Part shown: positions 26,470 to 36,442 of the stretch, piece by piece
Layout: each line of letters begins with the position of its first letter
Position numbering within the stretch: the stretch's first letter is position 1
Assembly (NCBI GenBank): GCA_021791775.1
Contig: JAJYVY010000001.1
Location: 1 to 63,879 of the forward strand
Origin: Candidatus Micrarchaeota archaeon
GTDB taxonomy: Archaea > Micrarchaeota > Micrarchaeia > Micrarchaeales > Micrarchaeaceae
Length of the DNA stretch: 63,879 bases
Direction of reading: 5' to 3'
Notes under the pieces: model-generated
What the model was told of the DNA's origin: nothing
What the model saw: the letters and a program-made list of their open reading frames with translations, nothing else
Database searches by the model: none
Position numbers and translations under genes: made by a program

Positions 26470-27510
26470 ATGTCAGTAGATTTGGCAAAGCTTGTGTCGC
26501 GGACTAAAATTTCTCTTGAAGAGCTGAATGGCAAAACAATAGCTATAGACGCCTTCAACGTCCTCTACCAATTCCTAACAATAATAAGAGGGCCGGACGG
26601 CACTCAGCTCAAGGATTTCAAGGGCAACGTCACAAGCCACCTTTCCGGCTTGTTCTATAGAACCATCGAACTCGTGGATAACGGCATACGACCCGTGTAT
26701 GTCTTCGATGGCATACCATCCAAGCTGAAGCAGAAGACTATCGAAGCGAGGATGAACAGGAGAGAAAAGGCGTATCAGGCATGGCAGAAGGCGAAGGAGG
26801 CCGGCGAGATGGAGGAGGCCAGAAAGTACGCACAGCAGAGTACCAGAATAAACGAGTATATAATAGAAAGTTCGAAGGAGCTTCTCAACTACATGGGAAT
26901 TGCACACATGACTGCGCCTGGAGAAGGCGAAGCGCAGGCATGCGACATGTGCAAGAAAGGCCTAGTATACGCTGCGGCAAGCCAGGACTACGACACGCTG
27001 TTGTTCGCCTCGCCAAGAATTATAAGGAATCTTACCATAAGCGGCAGGCGAAAACTGCCCAAGAAGAATGTCTATATAGAGATAGAGCCTGAAATGGTAG
27101 ACCTAAAAGACACGCTTAAGAGCATCGGGGTGACACAGAAGCAACTGATCTGGGTGGGAATATTGCTCGGCACGGATTTCAATGAGGGAATACGGGGGGT
27201 TGGGCCTGTGACAGCAGTGAAGATAGCGAAATCCGCAAAATCGATTGCCGATGTGGAGAGGTACGTCAAGGAGAAATACAACATGGAGTTCGAGATAGAT
27301 ATACGCGAAGTGGAAGATCTGTTCATGAACCCTGAGGTTAATGATATCGATGCAAAAGAGTTTGAGAGGGTGCTGTCGGCTCTTCCGGACAAGAGAAAAA
27401 TTATTGAGTTCATGTGCAACGAACATGACTTTTCTACAGAACGTATTGAGAAGTTTGCCGAGAAGCTGTGGGAAAAGAGGGCCTCGGTGAGGCAGCATCG
27501 GCTTTTTTGA
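26470..27510 (+). CDS. fen: Flap endonuclease 1
   Basis: GKTIAIDAFNVLYQFLTIIRGPDGTQLKD ... PGEGEAQ ... SQDYDTLLF, canonical FEN-1. Confidence 0.95.
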   Translation: MSVDLAKLVSRTKISLEELNGKTIAIDAFNVLYQFLTIIRGPDGTQLKDFKGNVTSHLSGLFYRTIELVDNGIRPVYVFDGIPSKLKQKTIEARMNRREKAYQAWQKAKEAGEMEEARKYAQQSTRINEYIIESSKELLNYMGIAHMTAPGEGEAQACDMCKKGLVYAAASQDYDTLLFASPRIIRNLTISGRRKLPKKNVYIEIEPEMVDLKDTLKSIGVTQKQLIWVGILLGTDFNEGIRGVGPVTAVKIAKSAKSIADVERYVKEKYNMEFEIDIREVEDLFMNPEVNDIDAKEFERVLSALPDKRKIIEFMCNEHDFSTERIEKFAEKLWEKRASVRQHRLF

Positions 27511-27526
27511 GCGAGGATTTGCCTAA

Positions 27527-30500
27527 TCACATAAACTTCGACAGGTTGAATTGTTTTGTCTTTGATCCGGACTCTATTGTGCCGCCGAACACCGCCTCTA
27601 TTTCCTTTTTGATCAAGTAGATCCTCTGCTTTGTGTATGGTTCCAATTCGTACCTATCTGCCAGATCCGTGGCCATCTTGAGGTACTTTTCTATACCCCC
27701 TCTGGATATCGTGAGTATTATCTTGCCGCCGCATCGAGTGCACTTACCCCCTAATGGCACCCTCCTGTATTTCGCATTGCATGCAACGCACCTGAATCCC
27801 TGCTGCGAAAATGAGTGCAAATTGCCCATCAGGTCCCTCAGGAAATGGCCAGATATGAGCCTTCTTGCGGTGTCCCTTCTGTCTATGCTACAGAGCTTGT
27901 CCATCAGGCTGAACTGCATCTCTATCTTCTCGTCCATTGTCTTCAACTTTATATACACGCTTTTATTTGGCGCGTCCGTCATGGCATTGATGCTACTCTG
28001 GTGCGTGAACATCAGGTTATCGTATATGGTGCTTTTGTTCAATCTGCTATCGACTGTCTCTACTGTAATTTCTGAGGGGTTGGCCTGCGCCATGGCTTTA
28101 TCGTAGAAGTCGACTCCATATTCGCTGACTACCTCCATCTGCCATGCCTCATCGTCCACCTCTTCAGGTAAAACGTTCTCTGTCAGGATGAGAGGCGCAT
28201 CCATGGTACCGCCTATCATGTTTGGCAGGTATTTCCTTGAGAAGTTTATCAGCGCATCTAGAAGCAGCATTGTTGTGTCCTCATCTCCATCGCAATTCCT
28301 TCTTCTTGCCGCTATTGTGTAGGGGTGAGCCAGTCCCACATTTGCATCGGTAAATCCGATTATCCTTCCGAGCGCCCCTGCCGACGTGTGCGGCGACAAC
28401 GTTATAACGAATTGGCCAATCAGGTCGTCTATGCTTGATGCGTTGTAGAACGTATCAATACCGTAGTGCCTTGATAGAAGCGCATCTACGAACTTCGATA
28501 CTTTGAGAAGATACTCTGCGCCTCTTCTGTTTATTATAAGGTCCTGGTGTTTAAGCTCTACAAGCTGGTCGGCTCTCTCCAGTTTCTCTCCAAGAGCGTC
28601 TTTGTCGTACCCCAGCTGCATTAACCGGTCTGTCCCTACTGAGATTTCCTTTGGATAGAAGTGCGTTATGGGTGCATCGGTTGCATCGAACCTGGTAGTG
28701 CCATCCTTGAAAGCGTATATGTTGAACGCGCTTCTGAGTATGCACTTCTCTATTGGCTCTGCTATCTTTTCTTTGCTAGTCAGCCCCTTTACGCCCTTGA
28801 CCAACTTTGGCATAACAACCCCCAATCTTGCGGCAGAGGATTCGATGTACTTGACTATGTCTACGCCCCTTACCCTGCTTGCTACAGAATTCCCCCCGCA
28901 GAATGTACATTTATCCCCTTTTGTCTTCCTGCCACAATTCGAGCACATGGTTTCCACCTGCGCTCTTGCAGAATGCGTATAGCAATATATGCTGTCGAGC
29001 TGCTCTCCTCCTTTTGTGCACCTATAATTGGCAATGTCCATTTCAATTGTAGGCTTACCAAACTGCTTCTTGGCTATGAAGTATGCTTTCATTATGTTGC
29101 GTTCCTTCCCTCCGGCATTTCCAATCGGGAACATACCGTTCGGCGCGGGTTTCATCATCCTCTCGCGCGCCTTTTCTGGCCTTCCTATCCTGGCTCCAAT
29201 TCTGGAAGATCTTCTCATGATTTTGAACGGCGCAGTAGAATTCAATACTGCAAACATGTCTTCTCCGGTATATCTTGAAAGAGCAGATTCGTTTATGTTC
29301 AGCTGCTCCTTCTCTATGAACCCGAGGCTTGCAACTAGGCTCTGCGCCCAATCTGACTTTATTCTTAGTTCTCCATTGTCGTGATGCGGTATGCACAACG
29401 TCTCTATTATCGGCCTGACTATCTGCGCCGTTTTTTCATCAAAAATTATCTCCTCGATATCGAATACGTTGTTGCCCTTCGTCTTTATCTGTGCTCCTAT
29501 CATGCTTTTTGCAAGTGTTCCGAGCTCTTGCACGCTGATATCCTGATACTCGTATAGATACTTGGGATGCAACGGAACTCCGTACTGCATCGATATCCTG
29601 TAAGCTGCTTCGAAACTGCCTATCTCGGTTATCTGGCTTGCGTAGCCGTTCCTGGCGAGCTGTGCAGACCAGAGCTCTACCACATAGCTCGGCTGCACCA
29701 TGGGAGTGCTGGTCTTCTTGAAATCTCCGTACGACACTAGCATGTCTCCGACGCTGATTATCTTTGCGACTTTATCCTTCATGCGCCTTGCTTGCTCTGC
29801 GGTATCGATTCTCAACGCTTCTCCGCTGGTAAGCTTCACAAATGGACCCTCTATGGAATCTACAGGCATCGCTATGCTTCCTTTTCCTGGCTTCTCTATC
29901 TTTACTTGCGTGCCTATTGCTATGAAATCGTCAAGCAGTATCATTGTAGCGGGACTGAACCCCTTTGCCGCTATGCCAGTCAATCTCGATCTTCCGTATC
30001 TTAGACGGAAGGCACCTGGGTGGTCCGGATATGCGATGACCGGCCGGCCGCCGATGAGTTCTTTTAGAAATGCGGGGTCGTGGCTCTCTTCTGCTGATAT
30101 CAGAAACGATGCTTTATTCACTTTTATTATTTCGTTTAGCCAGCTCCAGTCAAGCCCAGCATGCTTTGCATATTTCAGCACGCTTTTTGCTTTTTGCGCT
30201 ATCCCCTCACAAACCACCAGGGCGACCCCGCCTCTTACCCTGTTTGTCATTATAATCTCTGCACCTTTTTTGTCTATCTTCCTTATATCTCTGTGCACGC
30301 TGACCTCTATCTCCTCTGTAGGCACTCCATCTATGCATATCGGGCTGTTTTCCAGTATTACTCTGATGTCATGCTCACTGGGCAGGTATTGAAGGTGTTT
30401 GCCGCTTCTGGTATGGTATAGCATTATCTCCTCTATGCCCCTTTCCACTTCCGTTTTTTGAGGCTTATATTGGTCTAGGCCTAGAAGTTTTCTTGCGTAG

Positions 30501-30967
30501 TCGCCAAGCGCAACAGAGAGCGCCTCGCACGTTCCGCCTGCTGCCCTAATCGGCCCCGCATAGACTATTGAAAGATATTCTGTGCCGTCCGGATTCTTGT
30601 ATATTTCTACACCTGGCAGCCCTTCCGTTGGGGCTACCAATATGCCCTCTGTGAGTATTGATAGCCCGACTTTGACAGCGAGAGTTATCCTCGCCTTTGT
30701 ATCCATTTCGAACTTGCTGCTTGTGCAGATCTCGTTGACTATGCTGAACGCCAGTTCCTGCCTGGATTTTCCGTCCATTTTTTTCCTTATAAGATCTGCC
30801 ATCCCCTCCACGCCTATTATTCCCTCAACTCTTGATGGCAGGTCGGGGGCGGGCTTTATTTCGACGAATTCTGTCGGGTCCATACCTTTTGCTCTTGCCG
30901 CTTCTGCGACCTTGTACGCTTTCGCTGCCCCATCTCTTAAATGCTTGAAATACTCTTCTATGTTCAT
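27527..30967 (-). CDS. polC: DNA polymerase II (PolD) large subunit DP2
   Basis: 1146 aa with typical DP2 sequence throughout, including Cys clusters (CSNCGRKTKGDKCTFCG; CVACNAKYRRVPLGGKCTRCGG). No intein is present. Confidence 0.95.
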   Translation of the reverse strand: MNIEEYFKHLRDGAAKAYKVAEAARAKGMDPTEFVEIKPAPDLPSRVEGIIGVEGMADLIRKKMDGKSRQELAFSIVNEICTSSKFEMDTKARITLAVKVGLSILTEGILVAPTEGLPGVEIYKNPDGTEYLSIVYAGPIRAAGGTCEALSVALGDYARKLLGLDQYKPQKTEVERGIEEIMLYHTRSGKHLQYLPSEHDIRVILENSPICIDGVPTEEIEVSVHRDIRKIDKKGAEIIMTNRVRGGVALVVCEGIAQKAKSVLKYAKHAGLDWSWLNEIIKVNKASFLISAEESHDPAFLKELIGGRPVIAYPDHPGAFRLRYGRSRLTGIAAKGFSPATMILLDDFIAIGTQVKIEKPGKGSIAMPVDSIEGPFVKLTSGEALRIDTAEQARRMKDKVAKIISVGDMLVSYGDFKKTSTPMVQPSYVVELWSAQLARNGYASQITEIGSFEAAYRISMQYGVPLHPKYLYEYQDISVQELGTLAKSMIGAQIKTKGNNVFDIEEIIFDEKTAQIVRPIIETLCIPHHDNGELRIKSDWAQSLVASLGFIEKEQLNINESALSRYTGEDMFAVLNSTAPFKIMRRSSRIGARIGRPEKARERMMKPAPNGMFPIGNAGGKERNIMKAYFIAKKQFGKPTIEMDIANYRCTKGGEQLDSIYCYTHSARAQVETMCSNCGRKTKGDKCTFCGGNSVASRVRGVDIVKYIESSAARLGVVMPKLVKGVKGLTSKEKIAEPIEKCILRSAFNIYAFKDGTTRFDATDAPITHFYPKEISVGTDRLMQLGYDKDALGEKLERADQLVELKHQDLIINRRGAEYLLKVSKFVDALLSRHYGIDTFYNASSIDDLIGQFVITLSPHTSAGALGRIIGFTDANVGLAHPYTIAARRRNCDGDEDTTMLLLDALINFSRKYLPNMIGGTMDAPLILTENVLPEEVDDEAWQMEVVSEYGVDFYDKAMAQANPSEITVETVDSRLNKSTIYDNLMFTHQSSINAMTDAPNKSVYIKLKTMDEKIEMQFSLMDKLCSIDRRDTARRLISGHFLRDLMGNLHSFSQQGFRCVACNAKYRRVPLGGKCTRCGGKIILTISRGGIEKYLKMATDLADRYELEPYTKQRIYLIKKEIEAVFGGTIESGSKTKQFNLSKFM

Positions 30968-32478
30968 TACATTCCCGTATCAAAATTTATCGTGCTGAAA
31001 TTGCCAGTCTTCGGTTCGTACACTGGAAGCCTGCATGGCGTGGGATTGTGCCCCATCCTCTGCTGCAGCTTCGTCATTCCCTGCCATGTACCGCTGTTGA
31101 CTATCTTGACCCCATGGTATTCGGCTATGGCATTCTTGTGTATGTGCCCCATATGCAACACATCTGGTATTTTGTCTATAACGAGCTGGTCCGTTTTGCT
31201 AGGGACGATGACGTTGCCCCCATAGATGGGTGACAGGTGCCTTCTTTTGAGCAATTCTATCATCGCCTTCTCTGGAGACGAATAGTTTGTGCCTGGTACT
31301 GCCCTTATTATTGAATCAAGAGAGGTACCATGGTATGCCAGTACTTCTACCCCGTGGACAGTTATATAGCACGGATTAGACACTATGTGCAGGTTGTCTA
31401 TTTTGAAGTCTTTTGACAGCTCTTCGCCTATGGGCTGCTGTGGTTCTGCGCGGCCTACAGCATCGTGATTGCCTGGCATCATGAATATGTCTATGTAATC
31501 TGGGATCAGCTCCATGAAACTGAATAGTTGCCTGTACTGAAGGTATATGTCCGGTATGGCAAGCTCGTACTCTTGATCCGGGTATACCCCAACACCGTCG
31601 GCCACGTCGCCGGCTATAATAATATACTTTATCTTACCTGCGAGGTCGTCGGACTTTCCTTGCGCTTCCCCGTTTAGCCATTTTAACATTTTTGAAAAGT
31701 TCTTTTCCATGAACTGTTTGCTCCCTACGTGTATGTCGGACATGAACGCTATCGCTATATCATCTTCTATGGTCTTTGGCTCTTTTATTGGAACATCAGG
31801 CCAGATTATCTCGTTTGCTATTAGTAGCCTGCCTACGAGTTTGCCCTTTATGGCGACGACATCATCTTCTACCAGCCTTTTTGCCGTTTCAAAAAGTTCC
31901 TGTGAAGTCTTTGAAGTTCCATTGGAGACTACAACGATCAGCTCGCCAGTTTCGTCTTCTAAAACGATTTTCAGGTTGCCTGCTTTGGAATTGCTTTTTG
32001 TGGAGACCATCCCCACTACGGCCACCTCCCTTCCACTTGTATACGACCTGGTGGAGTCTATGCTTGGTAGCAAGAAGAGGTTGACTCTTCTTCCGACCAC
32101 CGCCTCTCTCAATCTATCGAACCTATTCCTGAAATAGTCCACAAAGTCGTTGGCAGTGCCGCCAGTCGTTTCTATACCTCTTTGGTTGATATGATAATCA
32201 GAATCTATGTCTGCCGCAGCTGCTGAAAATCCGCTCTGCCTCAGCACTTCTACTGGCCGTGGGCTTTTCTCCAATTTTGTCTCTTCGGCTATTGCGAGTA
32301 TCTGTTCCTTGTTTGCAATGCTGATTCCAGCATCATTCTTATGAAGCTCCACTAGTTCTGTTACCAACGTATTTAGGTCAAGCCCTTTTAGTACAGAAGC
32401 ATCAACATCTGCTGCCAATAGTATTCTTGCCTGCGATAATGCAGTTGAAAGTTCTTTTACGGGGTCTTTTTCTGGCAT
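30967..32478 (-). CDS. polB: DNA polymerase II (PolD) small subunit DP1 (exonuclease)
   Basis: 503 aa with calcineurin-like phosphoesterase motifs (FMSDIHVGS, GDVADG, GNHD, HMGHIH). Its stop overlaps the DP2 start. Confidence 0.93.
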   Translation of the reverse strand: MPEKDPVKELSTALSQARILLAADVDASVLKGLDLNTLVTELVELHKNDAGISIANKEQILAIAEETKLEKSPRPVEVLRQSGFSAAAADIDSDYHINQRGIETTGGTANDFVDYFRNRFDRLREAVVGRRVNLFLLPSIDSTRSYTSGREVAVVGMVSTKSNSKAGNLKIVLEDETGELIVVVSNGTSKTSQELFETAKRLVEDDVVAIKGKLVGRLLIANEIIWPDVPIKEPKTIEDDIAIAFMSDIHVGSKQFMEKNFSKMLKWLNGEAQGKSDDLAGKIKYIIIAGDVADGVGVYPDQEYELAIPDIYLQYRQLFSFMELIPDYIDIFMMPGNHDAVGRAEPQQPIGEELSKDFKIDNLHIVSNPCYITVHGVEVLAYHGTSLDSIIRAVPGTNYSSPEKAMIELLKRRHLSPIYGGNVIVPSKTDQLVIDKIPDVLHMGHIHKNAIAEYHGVKIVNSGTWQGMTKLQQRMGHNPTPCRLPVYEPKTGNFSTINFDTGM

Positions 32479-32487
32479 GTCTCCATT

Positions 32488-32754
32488 TCAGTCCTTTATG
32501 GCTTCGAGCATGCTGAGAATGCTCCACAGCGCTGTCCTTGCCTGCGGAGGCAGGTTTATGTCATTGCTGACTCCGTCGATGTTGTATATCGCGTTTGACA
32601 CCCTCACTGTGCGGTCACCACTCACGTTGAGCTGTGCTTTGGCTGTGGACACTGCGCTCCTGACATTTTTTGGCACGGTGGTATCATTGATTAGCATGTC
32701 CATTTTTGCTGTTATCTGAGAAATCGTTTCTTCTACCTCATTTTCATCTGCCAT
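32488..32754 (-). CDS. UPF0147 family protein
   Basis: VPKNVRSAVSTAKAQL ... NDINLPPQARTALWSILSMLEAIKD. The start is at Met10 of the track ORF. It lies 10 nt upstream of DP1 on the same strand. Confidence 0.7.
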   Translation of the reverse strand: MADENEVEETISQITAKMDMLINDTTVPKNVRSAVSTAKAQLNVSGDRTVRVSNAIYNIDGVSNDINLPPQARTALWSILSMLEAIKD

Positions 32755-32827
32755 TATATCACCCGCGCTTACAAATAGCAATTATGATTGTCAAAAAATA
32801 TATTTATAGGTATCTGATTACAAGAAG

Positions 32828-33010
32828 CTAAAATAATGGTACAGGTTTGCTGCTGGATTTTTCTACAGAACTAGAATCGTATAGAAATGCCTGCCATTCG
32901 AACCCTTGCGCCGCTCTGGTATTTATCAGTTTTGTCCATTTATCCGCAACGCTGAAATCCAGTACGGCGGCACCGCCTATATCAAAATAAACAAATGCGG
33001 TTTGGGGCAT
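32828..33010 (-). pseudogene. Possible truncated HAD-hydrolase remnant (or a spurious ORF)
   Basis: 60 aa. The N-terminus AFVYFDIGGAAVLDF resembles the HAD subfamily IA motif I context (FDxGGVL), but the ORF stops after 60 codons. Confidence 0.2.
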
Positions 33011-33023
33011 GATGATGGGTCTT

Positions 33024-33965
33024 TCATATAGATACGTGATAGGCGCCCCTTATGTACGCACCGAGCATTATTGTGATTGCTGCCACGCCCAAGGATAGTA
33101 CAAGCGTCTTGAGTATGCCCTTGATTACGCTCTTGTCGCTTACTAGCGATATGGTCGCAGAGGTGAATGTGAGCACCGCTGCAGTGACTATTATTGCTAT
33201 GATTATGCCAATATAACCGGATATCCCAAAGATGAAGGGCGACAGGGGAAACAGCGTCCCTATGAAATAGAATATGCCTACATAAAGCCCAGACGACAAT
33301 GCAGATGCTCTTTTACTGCTATTTCCAGCTCTATCCCCGATCTTCTTCTGATAGTCTGTCGAGAGGTAGGCCCCAACTCCCATAGATAATGTACCGGCTA
33401 TTGCAACTATGAACCCAGCTATAAAGACTATCGAGGGGGTCTCTATTGCTGCTGCGAGGCCTACAACCACGGCAAGTAGCTCCACCAGGCCGTCGTTCAT
33501 TCCAAACATTATGTCTCTGACATTCTTGAAGAACCTGTCAAAGTTGATTATCCTGGTTTCCAGATAATCTTCATCCTCTTCTTCACTCTTTCTCACTTTC
33601 TCTATGTCTCTTTCCTCTCTTTTTGATGCCTTGTGCCTTTTTAGCTCTGAGGTGAGCGCATTGTGCAGGTTCCCTTCTGTGTGCTCTATGATTTTGATTG
33701 TGAATGCGAGACCGAGGATGTGCCTCAATGCCAATATCATAGCTGTTTTTATTTTTATTTGCTGCCGAATATGCTCTTCCGAGATAGGCTCGTTCAGAGC
33801 ATCTCTCCAGAGATTGCCATGCTTTTTCTCCAACACGGCGAGGTCTGCCATTATTTTCTTTATTTCTGGGGATCTTTCAGATTTAGATAGACTCGAATAT
33901 ACGCTCTCGTGCAGTCTCTCTTCTAGGTAGAGTTTCTTCATTATCGTTTTTTTCCCAGCGACCAC
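33024..33965 (-). CDS. VIT1/CCC1-family iron/manganese transporter with N-terminal ferritin/rubrerythrin-like domain
   Basis: An N-terminal helical domain (ERLHESVYSSLS ... LAVLEKKHGNLW) is followed by MFGMNDGLVELLAVVVGLAAA and C-terminal TM helices. Confidence 0.82.
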   Translation of the reverse strand: MVAGKKTIMKKLYLEERLHESVYSSLSKSERSPEIKKIMADLAVLEKKHGNLWRDALNEPISEEHIRQQIKIKTAMILALRHILGLAFTIKIIEHTEGNLHNALTSELKRHKASKREERDIEKVRKSEEEDEDYLETRIINFDRFFKNVRDIMFGMNDGLVELLAVVVGLAAAIETPSIVFIAGFIVAIAGTLSMGVGAYLSTDYQKKIGDRAGNSSKRASALSSGLYVGIFYFIGTLFPLSPFIFGISGYIGIIIAIIVTAAVLTFTSATISLVSDKSVIKGILKTLVLSLGVAAITIMLGAYIRGAYHVSI

Positions 33966-33976
33966 TGCAGCACCAG

Positions 33977-35725
33977 CTATTTAGATAGAATCTTCTGCAA
34001 GGATTTCAATGGTAGAGCATTTAATACTCTGTCTTTTGTCAGCCACCCCCTCCGCGCGGTGCCGACTCCATATCTCATGAACTGCAAGTGGGAGGTGCTG
34101 TGGGCATCGGTGTCTATAGAGAAGAATATCTTCCTGCCAGATACGAGCATGATGTTGGTGTCATTCAGGTCTGTCCTATTAGGAAACGCATTTATTTCCA
34201 AGGCCACTCCATTTTCTTCAGCAGAATCTGCCACTTTTTCAAGGTCTATCGCATATGGCGCTCTCGCCCTGTGGAACTGCGTATCCCCTATCAAGCGGCC
34301 AGTAGGATGCGCAAAAACGTTTACAAGCCCGGTCTCAAATGCCCTTATCACTCTGTTGGTCATGTCCTTCTGGCTCATGTTGAAGTTGGTGTGCACCCCT
34401 GCCACGACGCAATCCATACGTTTTAAAGTCTCGTTCTTCAAGTCCAGTTTTCCATCTTTAAGTATATCGACCTCGGCGCCGTAAAGTATGCTTATAGTGC
34501 CTTCCATCCCCTTCCTCACTTTTTCCACCTTCTTGAAATAAGCTGCGAATCCCTTGTCATCCATACCTCTTGCTATGTATTCGCTTTTTGAGTGGTTTGT
34601 TGTTGCGAAATATTCGTAGCCCAGGTCTACAGCGGCTTTCGTCATCTCCTCCAGGCTGTTCACCCCGTCGGTCTCTTTTGTGTGTGTATGGAGGTCCCCC
34701 CTTATTTCCTGCGCTTCCACCAGCTTTGGTATTTTGTGCTCTTGCGCAAGCTTGACCTCGCCTCTCGCCTCCCTCATCTCTGGGGGCATCCATTGCATGC
34801 CAAGTTTCTCGTATATGCTCTCTTCTGTTGGCCCGCCTATGTTCTTGTTACGCTTGTTGAATAAGCCATATTCATTCAGCTTGTAGCCTTTGCTGACTGC
34901 AATTTGCCTCACCTGTATGTTGTGGTCTTTGCTTCCGGTGAAGTATTGCATTGCCGCGCCAAAGCTCAACGGTTCAAGCACCCTAAGATCGCAGCTGAGC
35001 CCTATTTTCAGGAAAACCGTGGATTTTGTAGGGCCTTTGAGCATTATCTTGCTGACCTCGTCCATTTTAGTGAAGAAGTCCATGACCTCTTCGTTTTTCT
35101 TTGATATTGCGAGTATATCCAAATCGCCTACAGTCTCCCTCATCCGCCTCGCAGATCCGGCAATCATAACATTCTCGACTAGGCCGCTCTTCCTTATCTT
35201 TTCCACCATCCTCTCTGCTATCGGCAAGACATATCCGAGCATCTGCCTGCCGCTGCTGGCCTCAAGAAGTTGCAGACCTTGCCGTATTGCCTCCTCGCTT
35301 TTATCCCCGAAGCCTGCCAGCCCCCTTATTTTGTGTTCCTCTACAGCTTTCTTTAGATCTTCGCGGTTCTTTACCCCGAGCTTCTTGTAGAGCAGTATTG
35401 CCCTTTTTGCGCCCAGCCCGGTTATGGCCGTAAGGGAGGCCATATCTATCGGGTATTTCTTCTTTAGCTGCTCATATTTTTTTAGCGTGCCGGTATTGAC
35501 TAATTCCTCTATGTGCTTTGACATTGTCGCGCCTATTCCTGGGAGCTCCATGAGCGCCTTTGTACCTCCTTTTTTGTATATCTCCTCTACTGGCTCCTGA
35601 AGTGTACTTATCATCAGGGCCGCCTTCTGGTACGCCCTCACCTCGAATCTTACAGTGGGGTAGTCTTCAAGGCTTAGCATGTCGGCTATTTCGTTGAGTA
35701 TCTCTGCGATTCTTTTGTTATCCAT
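33977..35725 (-). CDS. polX: Family X DNA polymerase with C-terminal PHP domain
   Basis: 582 aa. N-terminal HhH (NKRIAEILNEIADMLSLED ... LPGIGATMSKHI), GSARRMRETVGDLDIL nucleotidyltransferase motif, and PHP (GDLHTHTKETDG ... ATTNHS). Confidence 0.9.
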   Translation of the reverse strand: MDNKRIAEILNEIADMLSLEDYPTVRFEVRAYQKAALMISTLQEPVEEIYKKGGTKALMELPGIGATMSKHIEELVNTGTLKKYEQLKKKYPIDMASLTAITGLGAKRAILLYKKLGVKNREDLKKAVEEHKIRGLAGFGDKSEEAIRQGLQLLEASSGRQMLGYVLPIAERMVEKIRKSGLVENVMIAGSARRMRETVGDLDILAISKKNEEVMDFFTKMDEVSKIMLKGPTKSTVFLKIGLSCDLRVLEPLSFGAAMQYFTGSKDHNIQVRQIAVSKGYKLNEYGLFNKRNKNIGGPTEESIYEKLGMQWMPPEMREARGEVKLAQEHKIPKLVEAQEIRGDLHTHTKETDGVNSLEEMTKAAVDLGYEYFATTNHSKSEYIARGMDDKGFAAYFKKVEKVRKGMEGTISILYGAEVDILKDGKLDLKNETLKRMDCVVAGVHTNFNMSQKDMTNRVIRAFETGLVNVFAHPTGRLIGDTQFHRARAPYAIDLEKVADSAEENGVALEINAFPNRTDLNDTNIMLVSGRKIFFSIDTDAHSTSHLQFMRYGVGTARRGWLTKDRVLNALPLKSLQKILSK

Positions 35726-35788
35726 TGCACCATAAATAGATGCAAAAGCGGTATTTTATTGTTTTGTGTCGATATATCTGGGGGTAGG

Positions 35789-36373
35789 ATGGCAGGTGAA
35801 AATGCGGAAGAGGAGAGGCTTAGCAGATTGAACAAGGTCTACCTAGCCATAATATCCAGATACAAGGAGTACATAGAGGAGAAGGAAAACATATCGGTTG
35901 TCGAGCTGCCCACCCTAATAACGCCGAAGAACCCGGCAGTGAGCGCGAAAGTTGAAGAGCTAAAGTCATCATTGCAGGAATACTCATATGATAAGGACTT
36001 CAGTGCCGCAGCGAAAAAGGCATTCGATTTCGTGAGGGACAACGTAGAGGACGTAGTGCTGCCGCTGCAATTTTGGCTTATGCCGGAAGAGACATTGGCA
36101 TTTATGATGGGGGATTCGTTTGACAAGAATGTGCTGCTATGCAGCCTTCTCGTTGGCCTTGGTAACCACTCATCGAAGGTTGTTGTGGTGATAAGGGGCG
36201 ATGCGCGCCAAACTTTCGTGAGTTATGAAGCAAATGGGAAACTGCACATCATGAATCTTGAATCAGGAATACGCGAAGTGGAAAGTCATGAAGCTCTGGT
36301 GAAGCAGCTTAACATAGATGATGACGTGGTTGCGTACGAATTCAACGATAGGACATATGTAGACATAAGCTGA
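35789..36373 (+). CDS. Hypothetical protein, possibly a transglutaminase-like fold with Ser in place of the usual Cys
   Basis: The ATG at 35789 is preceded by GGGGGTAGG, with an alternative TTG at 35759. The segment MGDSFDKNVLLCSLLVGLGNHSSKVVVV ... HIMNLESG loosely resembles the transglutaminase-like core. This is weak. Confidence 0.45.
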   Translation: MAGENAEEERLSRLNKVYLAIISRYKEYIEEKENISVVELPTLITPKNPAVSAKVEELKSSLQEYSYDKDFSAAAKKAFDFVRDNVEDVVLPLQFWLMPEETLAFMMGDSFDKNVLLCSLLVGLGNHSSKVVVVIRGDARQTFVSYEANGKLHIMNLESGIREVESHEALVKQLNIDDDVVAYEFNDRTYVDIS

Positions 36374-36442
36374 TTATGTCAAAATCTTACTTGACGCCAT
36401 TGCCTATCTAAAGGATAGGGCGCCGCAGAAATCTTTTCTATT

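Noticed and set aside
28661-30392. 205-aa and 230-aa plus-strand ORFs inside the PolD DP2 region
   Set aside because: They are antisense to DP2, have S/L/F/C-rich low-information sequence and no motifs.
32755-33023. Replication origin next to the PolD operon (as in Thermococcales)
   Set aside because: There is no cdc6/orc1 gene and there are no repeated ORB-like elements. The AT-rich stretch is only about 70 nt and fits an ordinary promoter.
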